From: Acidobacteriota bacterium
GTDB taxonomy: Bacteria; Acidobacteriota; UBA6911; RPQK01; JAJDTT01
NCBI GenBank assembly: GCA_965263035.1
Contig: OZ253580.1
Coordinates: forward strand, 960,001 to 1,024,000
Direction of reading: 5' to 3'
DNA: 64,000 nt
Shown here: piece by piece, positions 50,498-60,475 of the stretch
Layout of the letters: each line of letters starts with the position of its first letter
Numbering within the stretch: the stretch's first letter is position 1
The notes under the pieces: generated by a model
Database searches by the model: none
The model's input: only the letters and a program-made list of their open reading frames with translations
Told to the model about the DNA's origin: nothing
Program-made: the position numbers and the translations under genes

Positions 50498-51163
50498 CCT
50501 TACCTCCCTTTCCTAGATCTTCGACATTAGGCCGTAATTTCTTACGCGGGGAGCGCGATAATCACGCAAGAATTTCTCCTTAATACCACCGCGTGCGCGC
50601 GACCGAAAACGTAGCGGGGACTCCGTGTAAGGGACACATTCGCGCTGAAGGTGAGCATGACCAGCGAGGGCGCGGCCAGCGCGGTCTGCACCCGGGTGTC
50701 ATTCGCAAACAATTGTAAGTGTCTGAAGAGCAGGTCATTTTCGCCATATGCTCAGCGACCCGGTGAGTAATTCGGGTAAGGGCGCTTCAGCTTCCCCTCT
50801 GGCTGCAGCATCGAGGAATGAGCGAATCTGTTCCAATGATACGCCGTCGTCGATATTCTGGCACTCGGGCCCGGTGGGCGGTCAGCAATTTGGTCAATTC
50901 AGGATGCGCCACGGTGTGGGAGCCTTCCTCACAGCCAGCACCCGTCAAGTCTACGACCCGCCGCCAGCCAACGTCGGAGTTGCCACTCGCGCTCACTTGA
51001 CTCTATGCAAATGTCCGAACGGTCGATCCCGGGCCTGTCCCAGTACTGTCTTGAAGCAACGAATCCGCTTCAGAACGATTTATTGTGAGGCAACTCGGCC
51101 CATTCTTTCTTCCAAGTCCGACCAGCATAATTTCCCACAGCTATGACGATCTGACTTCCTTTT

Positions 51164-51813
51164 TTGTCCGAGCCTCGATCCTTCCGGCGATGGCAATTCC
51201 CCCGAGCCTGGAGGGGGGCTGTCCCGTTGTTCGACAACCTGGGTACCCATCACCACCCTGTCCCCACGACATCACCCATGGCGCAACGCCATTTTGACCA
51301 GGGCCGCTGTCTCTATCACGCCTTCAATAGCGTCGAAGCTCTCCGGTCATTGCAGCAGGCGGCTCGGTTGGACCCGAGTTCTGCCATGGCCTATTGGGGT
51401 ATCGCCTTGGCCCTGGGCCCAACTATCAATATGCCCCTGACTCGGCAGGGAGATGTTGTCGCCTACCGGGCGATCCGGTTGGCAAAATCGGTTTCAAGCG
51501 CTGCCAGACGGGACAGGATGGAGGAAGCGATCCACCACCTTAAAGAGGCGGTTCGGTATGATGAGCCTCCGGCGTGGTATTTCCCCTGCGCCAAGCCTTG
51601 GGGGCAGTTCTTCTGGTGGCCGGCCGCGCGAAGGATGCAGAGCAGGTTTACCGGGACGATCTTGGGAAGCATCCCCGCAATGGCTGGTCTCTGTTTGGAC
51701 TGAAAGAGTGCCTGCGAGTCCAACAAAAGGATGAGGAAGCCGCCGTAGTGGAAGTGAAGTTCTGCAGGGCCTGGGCTTGCGCCGATGTGACGATTGAGGC
51801 ATCGCGATTCTGA
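51164..51813 (+). pseudogene. TPR protein pseudogene (large internal deletion and frameshift)
   Basis: The N-terminal motif PLFDNLGTHHHPV.TTSPMAQRHFDQG...AMAYWGIALALGP is joined directly to the C-terminal YDEPPAWYFP, then a frame change into RQALGAVLL...HPRNGWSLFGL...ASRF. Confidence 0.7.
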
Positions 51814-52024
51814 AGTCTTCGTCTCATCCTCCAAAAAATCCGCTCGCACCCAGAGAGATCTTGCGCCGTCTATTTCGACTCCAAAAGGGATGAATGCTGA
51901 GATGAGACATCCCTCCCTGTATGCCCTGCGCGATCTCTAAACGATGCAACGCAAGAAGATCCGGACGACAGCGGTGGAAACTGAATTCTGCTATAAATAA
52001 TCACATGGATAGAGGACGTAATCG

Positions 52025-52804
52025 ATGCCCCGATATTTGCAAATCTTTTTCATCACGGTCATGACTGCAACCTGGCTGGCTGGTGAGGTGATCTACCGTG
52101 AAACCTTTGACCAAGGGAACGGCTCCACGGGACCTCAGCAAGGTTGGACGGTGGGCAAGAATACGGAAATCAACCGAGGGCCTGAGACTTGGCACAAAAA
52201 CATTTTGGGGTACATGGGTTGGGGAGCGCCGCTGGAATGGATCCCGCAGGGGGGCCGATCAGGAGGCTATGCTACCTCCTCATCACCCTGGTACTTCGAC
52301 GATAACCACGGAGAATTCTATTGGTTTCATATCGTCCTCCGGGTTCGGCAAACAGGAGATATCGGGATTCAGGGCAGAGATCTTCGTAACGCCCGGGTAG
52401 AGCTCTCGCTAAGGGGGCGCGACTTGGCCCTAAACGACTTGAAACTGTATTTTTGGATTCAGGGAGAGGGCGGACGCAGTGGCTACTATACGAAGCCCGC
52501 CTTGGTGAACTGGGCCCTGACATCCGAGCCTCTGGAGGATGCCCTCCGCGATGGTCAATGGAACGACGTTTCCTTTCAGCTGACCCCCGACGAATCTCGA
52601 TGGAGCCAATTGGGTTTGATCAATGGAGGTCTGGCCAAGAAGATCCGGGTCATTCAGAGTCGAACCATGGCGGACGGATTTCTCGAAGGGATCCTCGCCG
52701 GCAAGCACTGGAACTTTGGCTTTCTGCTCTGCGGAGTCGATCCTCGAGACCTCCCGCAGGGCAAGATTGACATTGACGAGTTTAGAATCGTCTCACCCGA
52801 GTAG
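52025..52804 (+). CDS. Secreted protein of unknown family ('SPWYFDDNHG'), paralogue A
   Basis: GAGGA SD, signal peptide; full-length similarity to 57122-57907 and 57948-58838. Confidence 0.85.
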   Translation: MPRYLQIFFITVMTATWLAGEVIYRETFDQGNGSTGPQQGWTVGKNTEINRGPETWHKNILGYMGWGAPLEWIPQGGRSGGYATSSSPWYFDDNHGEFYWFHIVLRVRQTGDIGIQGRDLRNARVELSLRGRDLALNDLKLYFWIQGEGGRSGYYTKPALVNWALTSEPLEDALRDGQWNDVSFQLTPDESRWSQLGLINGGLAKKIRVIQSRTMADGFLEGILAGKHWNFGFLLCGVDPRDLPQGKIDIDEFRIVSPE

Positions 52805-52891
52805 AGTCCGTCCAGGACTCAGTGGAGCCTGAGGAACCGGCCGCGTCGACCAATTGGGCCTCCCCCATGGTCAATGCGAGCTCTTCTTTCG

Positions 52892-54628
52892 CTATATCCC
52901 TCGAGCTTCGGAGATGCGAAAAACATCCACGCCCGTCCGGATGCGGTTGGTTGTGGGATCAACCATTATGCCCAAAGGCCTGGCAAAGCCGGAATCCAGA
53001 GACGGAGACTCTTCCACGACTTCGACTTCGTGTCCCATCCTGACCAATCCTTCCCGGCACTCAGAATCCAGCCTCAAGTCGGTAAGGGTGACTGCTTCCG
53101 AGGCATCCACGCGAGGAGAGGCTATGGCCTGCTGAAGGCTCATCTGCCGGTCCACGAGGTTCAGCACGATTTGGGTGTTGCAACTGATGATCCTTCTTCC
53201 GCCGACAGCGCCCAGGCTGGCGAAGGGTTTTTTCTCTTTGAGCAGCAAGAGTGGCACCATATTGTTGAGCCCCCGTTTGAAGCCGGCAATTGAGTTGGCC
53301 GATCCTGGAAGTGGGTTGAAGACCACCATCCCGCTGCTAAAGAGGAGCCCGGTCCCGGACGTGATGACCCGGGAGCCAAACCGACTGACGGCCGTCTGTG
53401 TGCAGGAAACCATGTTTCGCTGCCTGTCAACCGCGGAAAAGTGAGTCGTGCACTGGTCTTCCTGCGGAGGGGAAGGTGGAGGATCCTCCAGAACGGGCGT
53501 TCCTTCTTGATAGCGCCAGGGCCGGTGCAGAGCCCTGTCGGCAAACGTGACCCAGGGTTGATCCGAAGCGTGCGCAAAAGCCGTTTGTGCAGGACTGATC
53601 AGCCGGGCAACGTCCCGGGCGTAGTCAGTAGACAAAAGGGCTTTTTCCGGTACCGGGACAAAGTCAGGATCTCCGAGAAAACGGTATCGGTCGGCGAAAG
53701 CGTTGCGAGCGGACTCAATCACAAGATGAAGGTATTCGGTAGAATTGTGCTCCAAGCCAGCTAAATCAAAATTCTCGAGAATCTTCAGGGCTTGCAGAGT
53801 AGTCGTACATCCACTGGGTCCGGGCATTCCCAGGATCTCACAATTCCGGTACCGGATTGTCACGGGCTCTGTCGCCACGACTTCGTAACGACCGAAGTCT
53901 TCCGCCGTGAGCAGACCGCCATTTTTCTTCATATCCGCTTCAACGGTGTGCGGCAGTTCTCCGCGATACAGGCCTCTTGCACCTTGACGGGAAATCAGTC
54001 GCAGAACCTGGCCCAGATCGGCTTGCACCACACGATCCACGCCGCTGACCGGAGGATATCCATTGCGCAGAAAGATCCGAGCGGGACTCCCGTATTTCAC
54101 AAAATCTGCCATAGTTTCGGCAATCTGCTGCGTCGTCAGCCAGTTGGCGACAAACCCCTGCTCGGCGTAGTGAATCGCCGGCTCCAGAAGTCGTTGTAGA
54201 GGAAGGCTTCCATACAACTGATGCGCTCGACACAGGCCTGCAGTCACGCCGGGGACACCGATCGCCTTGTAGCCGGAGACATTGGCTCGATTTTCAACCT
54301 CGAAAAGCCCGTTTCCCTCTCGGGTCCGGCCGATTACCCGGTACATCTCGGGAGTGGCTGCCATCGGGGCACGATGGCTGAAATCGAGGGCCAGGCTGGC
54401 TTGGTGCTCGGCCATGTGAACGAGCATCTGCCCGTGACCGGCGATGGAGGAGGCCCAGGGCTCCACCACGGCCAGGCAAAAGCCCACGGCAACCGTAGCG
54501 TCGACGGCGTTCCCACCTTCAGAAAGGGTTTGGACCCCGACCTCGGAAGCCAAGGGATGGGAGGTCACGACCGCTCCAAATTCCGATACGACCTCATCCT
54601 TAATGGGTCGCCAGATACTGCGTTTCAC
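52892..54628 (-). CDS. ggt: Gamma-glutamyltransferase-family (Ntn) amidohydrolase
   Basis: GGNAVDA, IGVPG, FADRYRFLGDPDF, autocleavage CTTHFSAVD; no signal peptide. Confidence 0.88.
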   Translation of the reverse strand: MKRSIWRPIKDEVVSEFGAVVTSHPLASEVGVQTLSEGGNAVDATVAVGFCLAVVEPWASSIAGHGQMLVHMAEHQASLALDFSHRAPMAATPEMYRVIGRTREGNGLFEVENRANVSGYKAIGVPGVTAGLCRAHQLYGSLPLQRLLEPAIHYAEQGFVANWLTTQQIAETMADFVKYGSPARIFLRNGYPPVSGVDRVVQADLGQVLRLISRQGARGLYRGELPHTVEADMKKNGGLLTAEDFGRYEVVATEPVTIRYRNCEILGMPGPSGCTTTLQALKILENFDLAGLEHNSTEYLHLVIESARNAFADRYRFLGDPDFVPVPEKALLSTDYARDVARLISPAQTAFAHASDQPWVTFADRALHRPWRYQEGTPVLEDPPPSPPQEDQCTTHFSAVDRQRNMVSCTQTAVSRFGSRVITSGTGLLFSSGMVVFNPLPGSANSIAGFKRGLNNMVPLLLLKEKKPFASLGAVGGRRIISCNTQIVLNLVDRQMSLQQAIASPRVDASEAVTLTDLRLDSECREGLVRMGHEVEVVEESPSLDSGFARPLGIMVDPTTNRIRTGVDVFRISEARGI

Positions 54629-54824
54629 CCCAGTTCCCTTGGCCTCGCGACGTTGACGCGCATCCTGCTCACTCCAGCGAAAGATCTTGCAGCTCGTGGC
54701 AAAGAGTCGTCACGGCATTCGACCGGGTCCGCCTCACGGCGGACGGCGTTACTCCCGGGTCACAAACGATCGAGTATGCCCTCTCGTCGGGCCTTGTCCG
54801 GCGGGTGCGGCCCCCGTCTCGGCG

Positions 54825-55646
54825 CTACGCGGGACTTTCACCACGGGACGGTTCACCCTGCGCGTCCGAGGCGGCCGATTCGCGCGCGTATGCCCTCAGT
54901 CTTTCCAGGTCCGCCCTAAGGCCGGCAATGCCCTGAATAATCAGGCCACCGATCACAATGAACCGGTACCCGGCATCATAGGCTTTCTTGCCGGCTTCAA
55001 ATCCTCTCAAGGTGATGCCGCTGGCTTTTCCGCAACGTGCGGCCCGGCGGGGAAATTCTTCCAGGAAGCCTTGAATCTCGGGATGCTCCACTTGGCCGAT
55101 ATGACCCAGGGCCGCGGTAATGTCCAAAGGGCCGGCAAAAAGCACGTCGACGCCCTTGACGGCAGCAATCTCCTCCAGGTTGTCGATCGCTTCGCGGCTC
55201 TCAATCTGCACGATCACACACGTCTCCTGATTGGCCGCCGGCAGATAATCTTCATAGGACACGTCCATGAAGAAAGTCCACCAGGGAGAGACGCCACGCG
55301 AGCCCTCGGGTGGATATTTGGCATATTGAACAGCCCGGCGGGCCTCTTCGGCATTGTTGATTTGGGGCAACATCACCCCCGCAGCACCGACATCGAGAGC
55401 CTTCTTGATCAGCTGCGGATCCAGTCCGGCCACCCGCACGATCGGAACACAACCCTTCATCCGGCAAAGCACCGGAATCCATGGGATATCGGTGGCGTCA
55501 TAGGGTCGATGTTCCGTGTCGATCCAGAGAAAGTCGATGCCCGTGTCCACAGTCAGTTTGGCGATGAAATCGGACCGGTCGGGGAGTCCCGCTCCCCAGG
55601 CAGCCTTACCCTCGGCCAAAAGAGTCTTTACTTTGTTCTCAAACAT
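54825..55646 (-). CDS. HpcH/HpaI-family class II pyruvate aldolase
   Basis: WIDTEH, PIVRV, ALDVGAAGVMLP, YPPEGSRG, VQIES, FAGPLD. Confidence 0.92.
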   Translation of the reverse strand: MFENKVKTLLAEGKAAWGAGLPDRSDFIAKLTVDTGIDFLWIDTEHRPYDATDIPWIPVLCRMKGCVPIVRVAGLDPQLIKKALDVGAAGVMLPQINNAEEARRAVQYAKYPPEGSRGVSPWWTFFMDVSYEDYLPAANQETCVIVQIESREAIDNLEEIAAVKGVDVLFAGPLDITAALGHIGQVEHPEIQGFLEEFPRRAARCGKASGITLRGFEAGKKAYDAGYRFIVIGGLIIQGIAGLRADLERLRAYARESAASDAQGEPSRGESPA

Positions 55647-56077
55647 GGTTTCGTCCCGGCCCGGCTATAGTTGATGACTCCGATCATAAGGAAACCGCCG
55701 TCTGGCAGGATAATAGATTGAATCACGCCGGGTATCGTGACTCGCACAGTTCCTCCAAAGTGTTGCATATTGTAGTGGCGGCCCCAACGGTGATCAACAC
55801 ATAGTGAATCTTACTTTGCTCTCATATCCGGCTCGAAGTGGCGGTAAGACGCGGTGAAATGACGCCTTATCCCCTTCACTTCGGGAATGGATTCAGGCAA
55901 GTATGCCCATCAGAGAGTTCTCTTCCTTATATGGCACGTAAATCATGGGCTGATATTCCGGCAGCACCACGTAGCGACGTACCGATTATGCCCCTCGGTC
56001 ATTTAGCTTTACCCACTCCATCTTATAATTTATACTCACTGGGAGAAGCTTATCAAGAACCGAGGAGTCGGATTCTC

Positions 56078-56677
56078 ATGGTTGAATCAGAACAGGCCAA
56101 ACCCGTACAGATCAACCCAGGCCGGCTGTTGTGGTCGGGCGAACACTGGATTAACGGCCTCCAGTCTCCGGAAGGCGAGATTCCCAGCGCCTGGGTGAGC
56201 CTCTTCCACACGCGCTACAGTCCAGCCGGTGAAGGTAATACCGCCCAGATCATCATTCGGGCGGATCGCCAGCTGAGCCTGATATGTGTCGATGACCCGG
56301 AGGTGGGGAGGTTTGCCCAAGACAACTTCCTGATGCGAAGCAGCTTCCAGGATCCGAAGGCTCCCATTGTGCGAGCTCGTTTCTTTCGTGAAGGAGATAT
56401 TCGAAAGGACCCGGCCTGGGTCATCGAAACCGACAAGCACCGAATCGTGGCCCGATGGTGGGTCACGGCGCCACCGGTTATCGCCCACGGCACCTTTCGC
56501 CCAGGCACCGAACATTTCACTCTTTTGTACTTCAGCTCGCAGGCCTCGGTCGAAGTCGACGGTCAGCCGATTCCGGGAAAGCCGTTCTTAAGAAACATCT
56601 GGAAGCCTCACCTGCCAGGAGTTCGCAGCTCTTGCGTTTTTGCGCTGGCCGAGACCTTGATCGAGCTACCTGGTTGA
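56078..56677 (+). CDS. Hypothetical protein (199 aa)
   Basis: GAGGAG SD before ATG 56078; globular-looking sequence (NPG.LLWSGEHW...SLFHTRYSPAGEG...SSCVFALAET). Confidence 0.65.
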   Translation: MVESEQAKPVQINPGRLLWSGEHWINGLQSPEGEIPSAWVSLFHTRYSPAGEGNTAQIIIRADRQLSLICVDDPEVGRFAQDNFLMRSSFQDPKAPIVRARFFREGDIRKDPAWVIETDKHRIVARWWVTAPPVIAHGTFRPGTEHFTLLYFSSQASVEVDGQPIPGKPFLRNIWKPHLPGVRSSCVFALAETLIELPG

Positions 56678-57121
56678 GCGAGCTACCCCACGTTGCCAGA
56701 CTACGAGGGTTTTCTAATCTCCTGTTCCTAGGGTCATGACACTTTGTCCGCAGCCCGTGGAATCGTACCATCGCCTGCCTTCCCACGAGGTGATGGAGAA
56801 CATACGCCCCGTTACCATATCGAGGTACGGGTACGGCTTTCCCGTCCGCCGTCGCGAGCTTAATCTGCTCCCTTGCGGCCTCAACTTCCCTACCGGGAAG
56901 AAGACGATATGCAGCATGTCGTAGTGCCGGCATTGGCGGCACGTGATCAGGGACTTTCGACCGTTTTTCGGCGCTTTGACGCGCGGTCTGGGATGCCACT
57001 TCACCCCGGCTTTGTTGCACCCGGGGCGAGGGGAGCTTTCTCTTGTTCAAAGGTAGTATCGCACCGGGGACCCGGGCTTGAGCGGGCACGACCAAGTTTT
57101 TCGAACCAATAGGAGGGAAAG

Positions 57122-57907
57122 ATGAGACGAGTGAGCAAACACCCCGTATGGTTGGGGCTTTTCCTGCTAATCACGCTCAATTTGTCGGCGGAAGTCGTTT
57201 TCCGTGAAAGTTTTGATCAGGGAGCGGGAGGGTGGACCACTGGGAAAAACAAGACGCATACCCGGGGAGAGATCTGGCACCGCAATATCCTTGGCTATTA
57301 CGGCGAGCCTGTGTCTCTGAAGTGGAGCCCAAGCGGCGGACGCTCCGGAGGATACGCCACCGCCGAGTCACCCTGGTACTTTGACGATAACCACGGTGAA
57401 TTCGGCTGGTTGTACCTCGTCTTCGGCAAGCGCACGGGCTGGTCCACGTACCCGGTGGACGAAAAGGCGCCGGCGACTGGCAAAGACGTACGAAATGCCA
57501 CGGTTCGCGTCTCTCTGCGGGGGAGAGATATGCAGCTGAAGGGAACCAGGTTCTACTATTGGAATCAGGCTCCTCCCGCGACAGGTCCCTGGGTCTACCG
57601 ATGCTGGGCTTTGACCTCCGCTCCTCTCGAGGGTTACTTGACAGATGGAAATTGGCACGACGTCAGCTTCAAACTCGATCCCCATGAAAGCAAATGGAGC
57701 TACATGGGGTTGATCAACGGTGGGCTGCGAAAGCGGATTCGCGTGATTCAAAGTCTTTCCTTTGGGCAAGGGACGTTGGAGGAGGTGCTGGGCGACGGCA
57801 AACTTTACAACTGGGGCTTTATTCTCGTGGATGTGGATCCCCTGGATCCTCCTTCCGGAAAGATCGACATCGATCAATTCAGCATCACCCTCAGCGGCGA
57901 GGAGTGA
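57122..57907 (+). CDS. Secreted protein of unknown family ('SPWYFDDNHG'), paralogue B
   Basis: AGGAGG SD, signal peptide ending LSA; shared motifs with A and C. Confidence 0.85.
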   Translation: MRRVSKHPVWLGLFLLITLNLSAEVVFRESFDQGAGGWTTGKNKTHTRGEIWHRNILGYYGEPVSLKWSPSGGRSGGYATAESPWYFDDNHGEFGWLYLVFGKRTGWSTYPVDEKAPATGKDVRNATVRVSLRGRDMQLKGTRFYYWNQAPPATGPWVYRCWALTSAPLEGYLTDGNWHDVSFKLDPHESKWSYMGLINGGLRKRIRVIQSLSFGQGTLEEVLGDGKLYNWGFILVDVDPLDPPSGKIDIDQFSITLSGEE

Positions 57908-57947
57908 GGAGCGCAACTTTACGCTCCGGTCAGATAGGTGGATAAGG

Positions 57948-58838
57948 ATGAAAAATATGACCAAGAAAATAAGACTCGAGATTTTCTTCACATTTATGTG
58001 CTATTCCGTGGCCGGACTGGCGGCAGGTGCAAAGCCGGCATCGGGTGACGTCGTGGCTGCGCACAGCTTTGACCGGGGACCGGAAGCCTGGCACACGGGC
58101 AAAGACAAGACCCATACCCGCGGCGTCACTTGGCACCGCAATATCCTGGGTTTCTACGGAGAGCCGGTTTTCCTGAAATGGAGTGAGAGGGGAGGCCGTT
58201 CGGAGGGGTTCGCCTATTCCGAGTCGCCCTGGTACTTCGATGACAATCATGGTCATTTCGGCTGGCTACACCTGCTCGCCAACCGATACACGGAGCCTGA
58301 GAAGCAGGGAAGACCCGGAAGTCCGAGTCCCGTGGTGGGTCAAGACCTGCGCAATGCCGTCGTCAGAGTGTCCCTTCGCGGGCGGGACGTTGAGCTAAAG
58401 GGCACCAGACTATACTTTTGGCTCGGCGGAAGTGCTCCTCCCATCAGGGCTGTCTCTCCAGCAGATCAGCGGCCCAGACCCACCGTCAGATCTTCTCAGC
58501 GGGAGGCACACCGGTGGTGGGCACTGACCTCGGTTCCACTGGAAGCCTACTTGACGGATGGTAAGTGGCACGATGTGGAGTTCCAATTGGAACCCGACGA
58601 GCGTAAGTGGACCTATTTAGGCTTAATAAACGGTGGTCTGCGAAAGAAGATTCAGGTTCGACAAAGTCTCAGTTTTGGAGACGGATCACTGCCACATGTT
58701 CTGGGCAACGGTAAACTTTACGTTTTCGGATTTATTCTGGTTGAAGTGGATCCTTTGGATCAGCCGACGGGCATGATTGATATGGACGAATTCAGAATCG
58801 CCACATTTCCTTCCAATCCTCCGCTGCCGGAACCATGA
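57948..58838 (+). CDS. Secreted protein of unknown family ('SPWYFDDNHG'), paralogue C
   Basis: Signal peptide from ATG 57948 (or 57957); tandem duplicate of B with longer loops. Confidence 0.85.
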   Translation: MKNMTKKIRLEIFFTFMCYSVAGLAAGAKPASGDVVAAHSFDRGPEAWHTGKDKTHTRGVTWHRNILGFYGEPVFLKWSERGGRSEGFAYSESPWYFDDNHGHFGWLHLLANRYTEPEKQGRPGSPSPVVGQDLRNAVVRVSLRGRDVELKGTRLYFWLGGSAPPIRAVSPADQRPRPTVRSSQREAHRWWALTSVPLEAYLTDGKWHDVEFQLEPDERKWTYLGLINGGLRKKIQVRQSLSFGDGSLPHVLGNGKLYVFGFILVEVDPLDQPTGMIDMDEFRIATFPSNPPLPEP

Positions 58839-58893
58839 CGGAAAAACGTGCTTTAGCCTGCCTGCCCGAGCATTTTCATTGGAGGTTGAGACC

Positions 58894-60348
58894 ATGAAAC
58901 GAACCTTTGCCGCGAGCTTGCTCCTCCTCTCGGTTCTGTGCAACTGCCGGACCGGTGTGGAAACCACAGAGAAGGAGCCAACCATCCGGAACCCCCGCGT
59001 CACGCTGGGTCCGCCGGTCGTAGTCTTGCTGGGTCCGCCAGGCGACCTGCGTTGGGGTTACTACGCTTTTCCTGACATGTGGCGAGCCCCGGGTGGAGAG
59101 CTGTACTTGGCCGTAAACGTGGGTGAGGACGCCAACGATGTGGGGGAACACCTGCCCACCCAATTCTTCGTCTCCCAGGACGAGGGAGAGTCCTGGCTGC
59201 CGATACTGGAAGCTCAGGTGGACTTCTCTCCGGATATCATTGCCCTGCCGAGTGGAGAGCACGTGGCCTTCGGCACTGAGAAATATGTCTATCATTATTC
59301 GACCTACGGTCCTCGCCCGCGCGAATTCCACAGCCTCGATGAACTCGGTCTCAAACTCGTCTTCACAACCGAAAAACCTGGTCTGATTGCGGCTCATTTT
59401 CGTTACGCAGATCTGCCTGAAAGCCTGACTCGGATCCCCGTTAAGCGCCGTAGAGGGCCAAATAGTCCCTGGCAGTATGATTACGCTCATTTTGACTCGT
59501 CAGACTTGCTGCTGCGCACGCCGATCGGTACCCCAAACGCCAAAGGAGATTGGCAAGAAATAGCGCCTATGATCTCAACGACGCCGCGGGATGCAGCCTC
59601 CGTCCTGTGGCCGGACCGGTTGGTCGTACTGCAGGACGGCACGCTCCTGTGGCCGCTCGCCAGCCAGGACCCACACCTTCAGAGAATGTTCTTTCGCGTC
59701 CAATGTGTCGCTTCCAGCGACGGCGGGCGGACGTGGGGAATCCGCGGCACGATTGCCGACCAGCCGGAACTGGCTGACTGGGGCTACGGCTGTGGCGAGC
59801 AGTCGATGCAGAGGATGCCCAATGGCGAATTGCTCTGTGTCATGCGCACTGAGATGGAGGGCAACAACCTGGGAACCCGTCCCTTGACGAAGTCGACACA
59901 TACGCTTGTGGCCACACGCTCATCGGACAACGGCCACACTTGGAGCAGGCCCGAGGCCATTGCGCCTTTCAGCGTGACGCCCCATCTGCGAACCCTTGAG
60001 AACGGGACCGTGGCGGTGGTGTACGGGAGGCCGGGCGTGCATGTCCGAGCGTCGGCGGACAGTGGTCAGACTTGGGGTAAGGCTCTTCCGGTCGTGGGCC
60101 CCGACGAGCTCCATCTGCTGGCTCGGTCAGTGGAAGAGCGCATAGCCCTGCGCCACGCCGGACACGGCTCGGCCCAGACCAAGGTCATCAGCTGCAGCAA
60201 TACGGATGTGATCGTCACCGGACCCGACCGGTTCATCGTTGCGTATTCCGACTTTCAGTACAGGGATGAGCAGGGTCGGCAGCGAAAGGCGATCAAGGTC
60301 AGGCAAGTGATCGTCGAGATGCCAATTTGGAACACCAGCTACCGATAA
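58894..60348 (+). CDS. Asp-box beta-propeller lipoprotein (SCSNT subfamily)
   Basis: GGAGG SD, signal peptide with LCNC; SQDEGESW, SSDGGRTW, SSDNGHTW, SADSGQTW. Confidence 0.85.
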   Translation: MKRTFAASLLLLSVLCNCRTGVETTEKEPTIRNPRVTLGPPVVVLLGPPGDLRWGYYAFPDMWRAPGGELYLAVNVGEDANDVGEHLPTQFFVSQDEGESWLPILEAQVDFSPDIIALPSGEHVAFGTEKYVYHYSTYGPRPREFHSLDELGLKLVFTTEKPGLIAAHFRYADLPESLTRIPVKRRRGPNSPWQYDYAHFDSSDLLLRTPIGTPNAKGDWQEIAPMISTTPRDAASVLWPDRLVVLQDGTLLWPLASQDPHLQRMFFRVQCVASSDGGRTWGIRGTIADQPELADWGYGCGEQSMQRMPNGELLCVMRTEMEGNNLGTRPLTKSTHTLVATRSSDNGHTWSRPEAIAPFSVTPHLRTLENGTVAVVYGRPGVHVRASADSGQTWGKALPVVGPDELHLLARSVEERIALRHAGHGSAQTKVISCSNTDVIVTGPDRFIVAYSDFQYRDEQGRQRKAIKVRQVIVEMPIWNTSYR

Positions 60349-60475
60349 GCACATGGCCCTGCGGCGAGCCGCGTTTGCAGGAACGGCTGCCCTGCTCTTT
60401 CGTCGATCGTGATTTCGTCAACTGACCCGTGATCTTCTCATACCAGCGGAAGCGTCTGGCTCCGTTCCCTCCGTA

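Noticed and set aside
50740-51050. Protein-like minus-strand fragments
   Set aside because: Broken across frames and no family recognised.
55932-55950. TGGCAC as a sigma-54 promoter
   Set aside because: It lacks the TTGC -12 element at the required spacing.
56714-57095. Overlapping short ORFs before paralogue B
   Set aside because: No SD or motif support; cannot be called.
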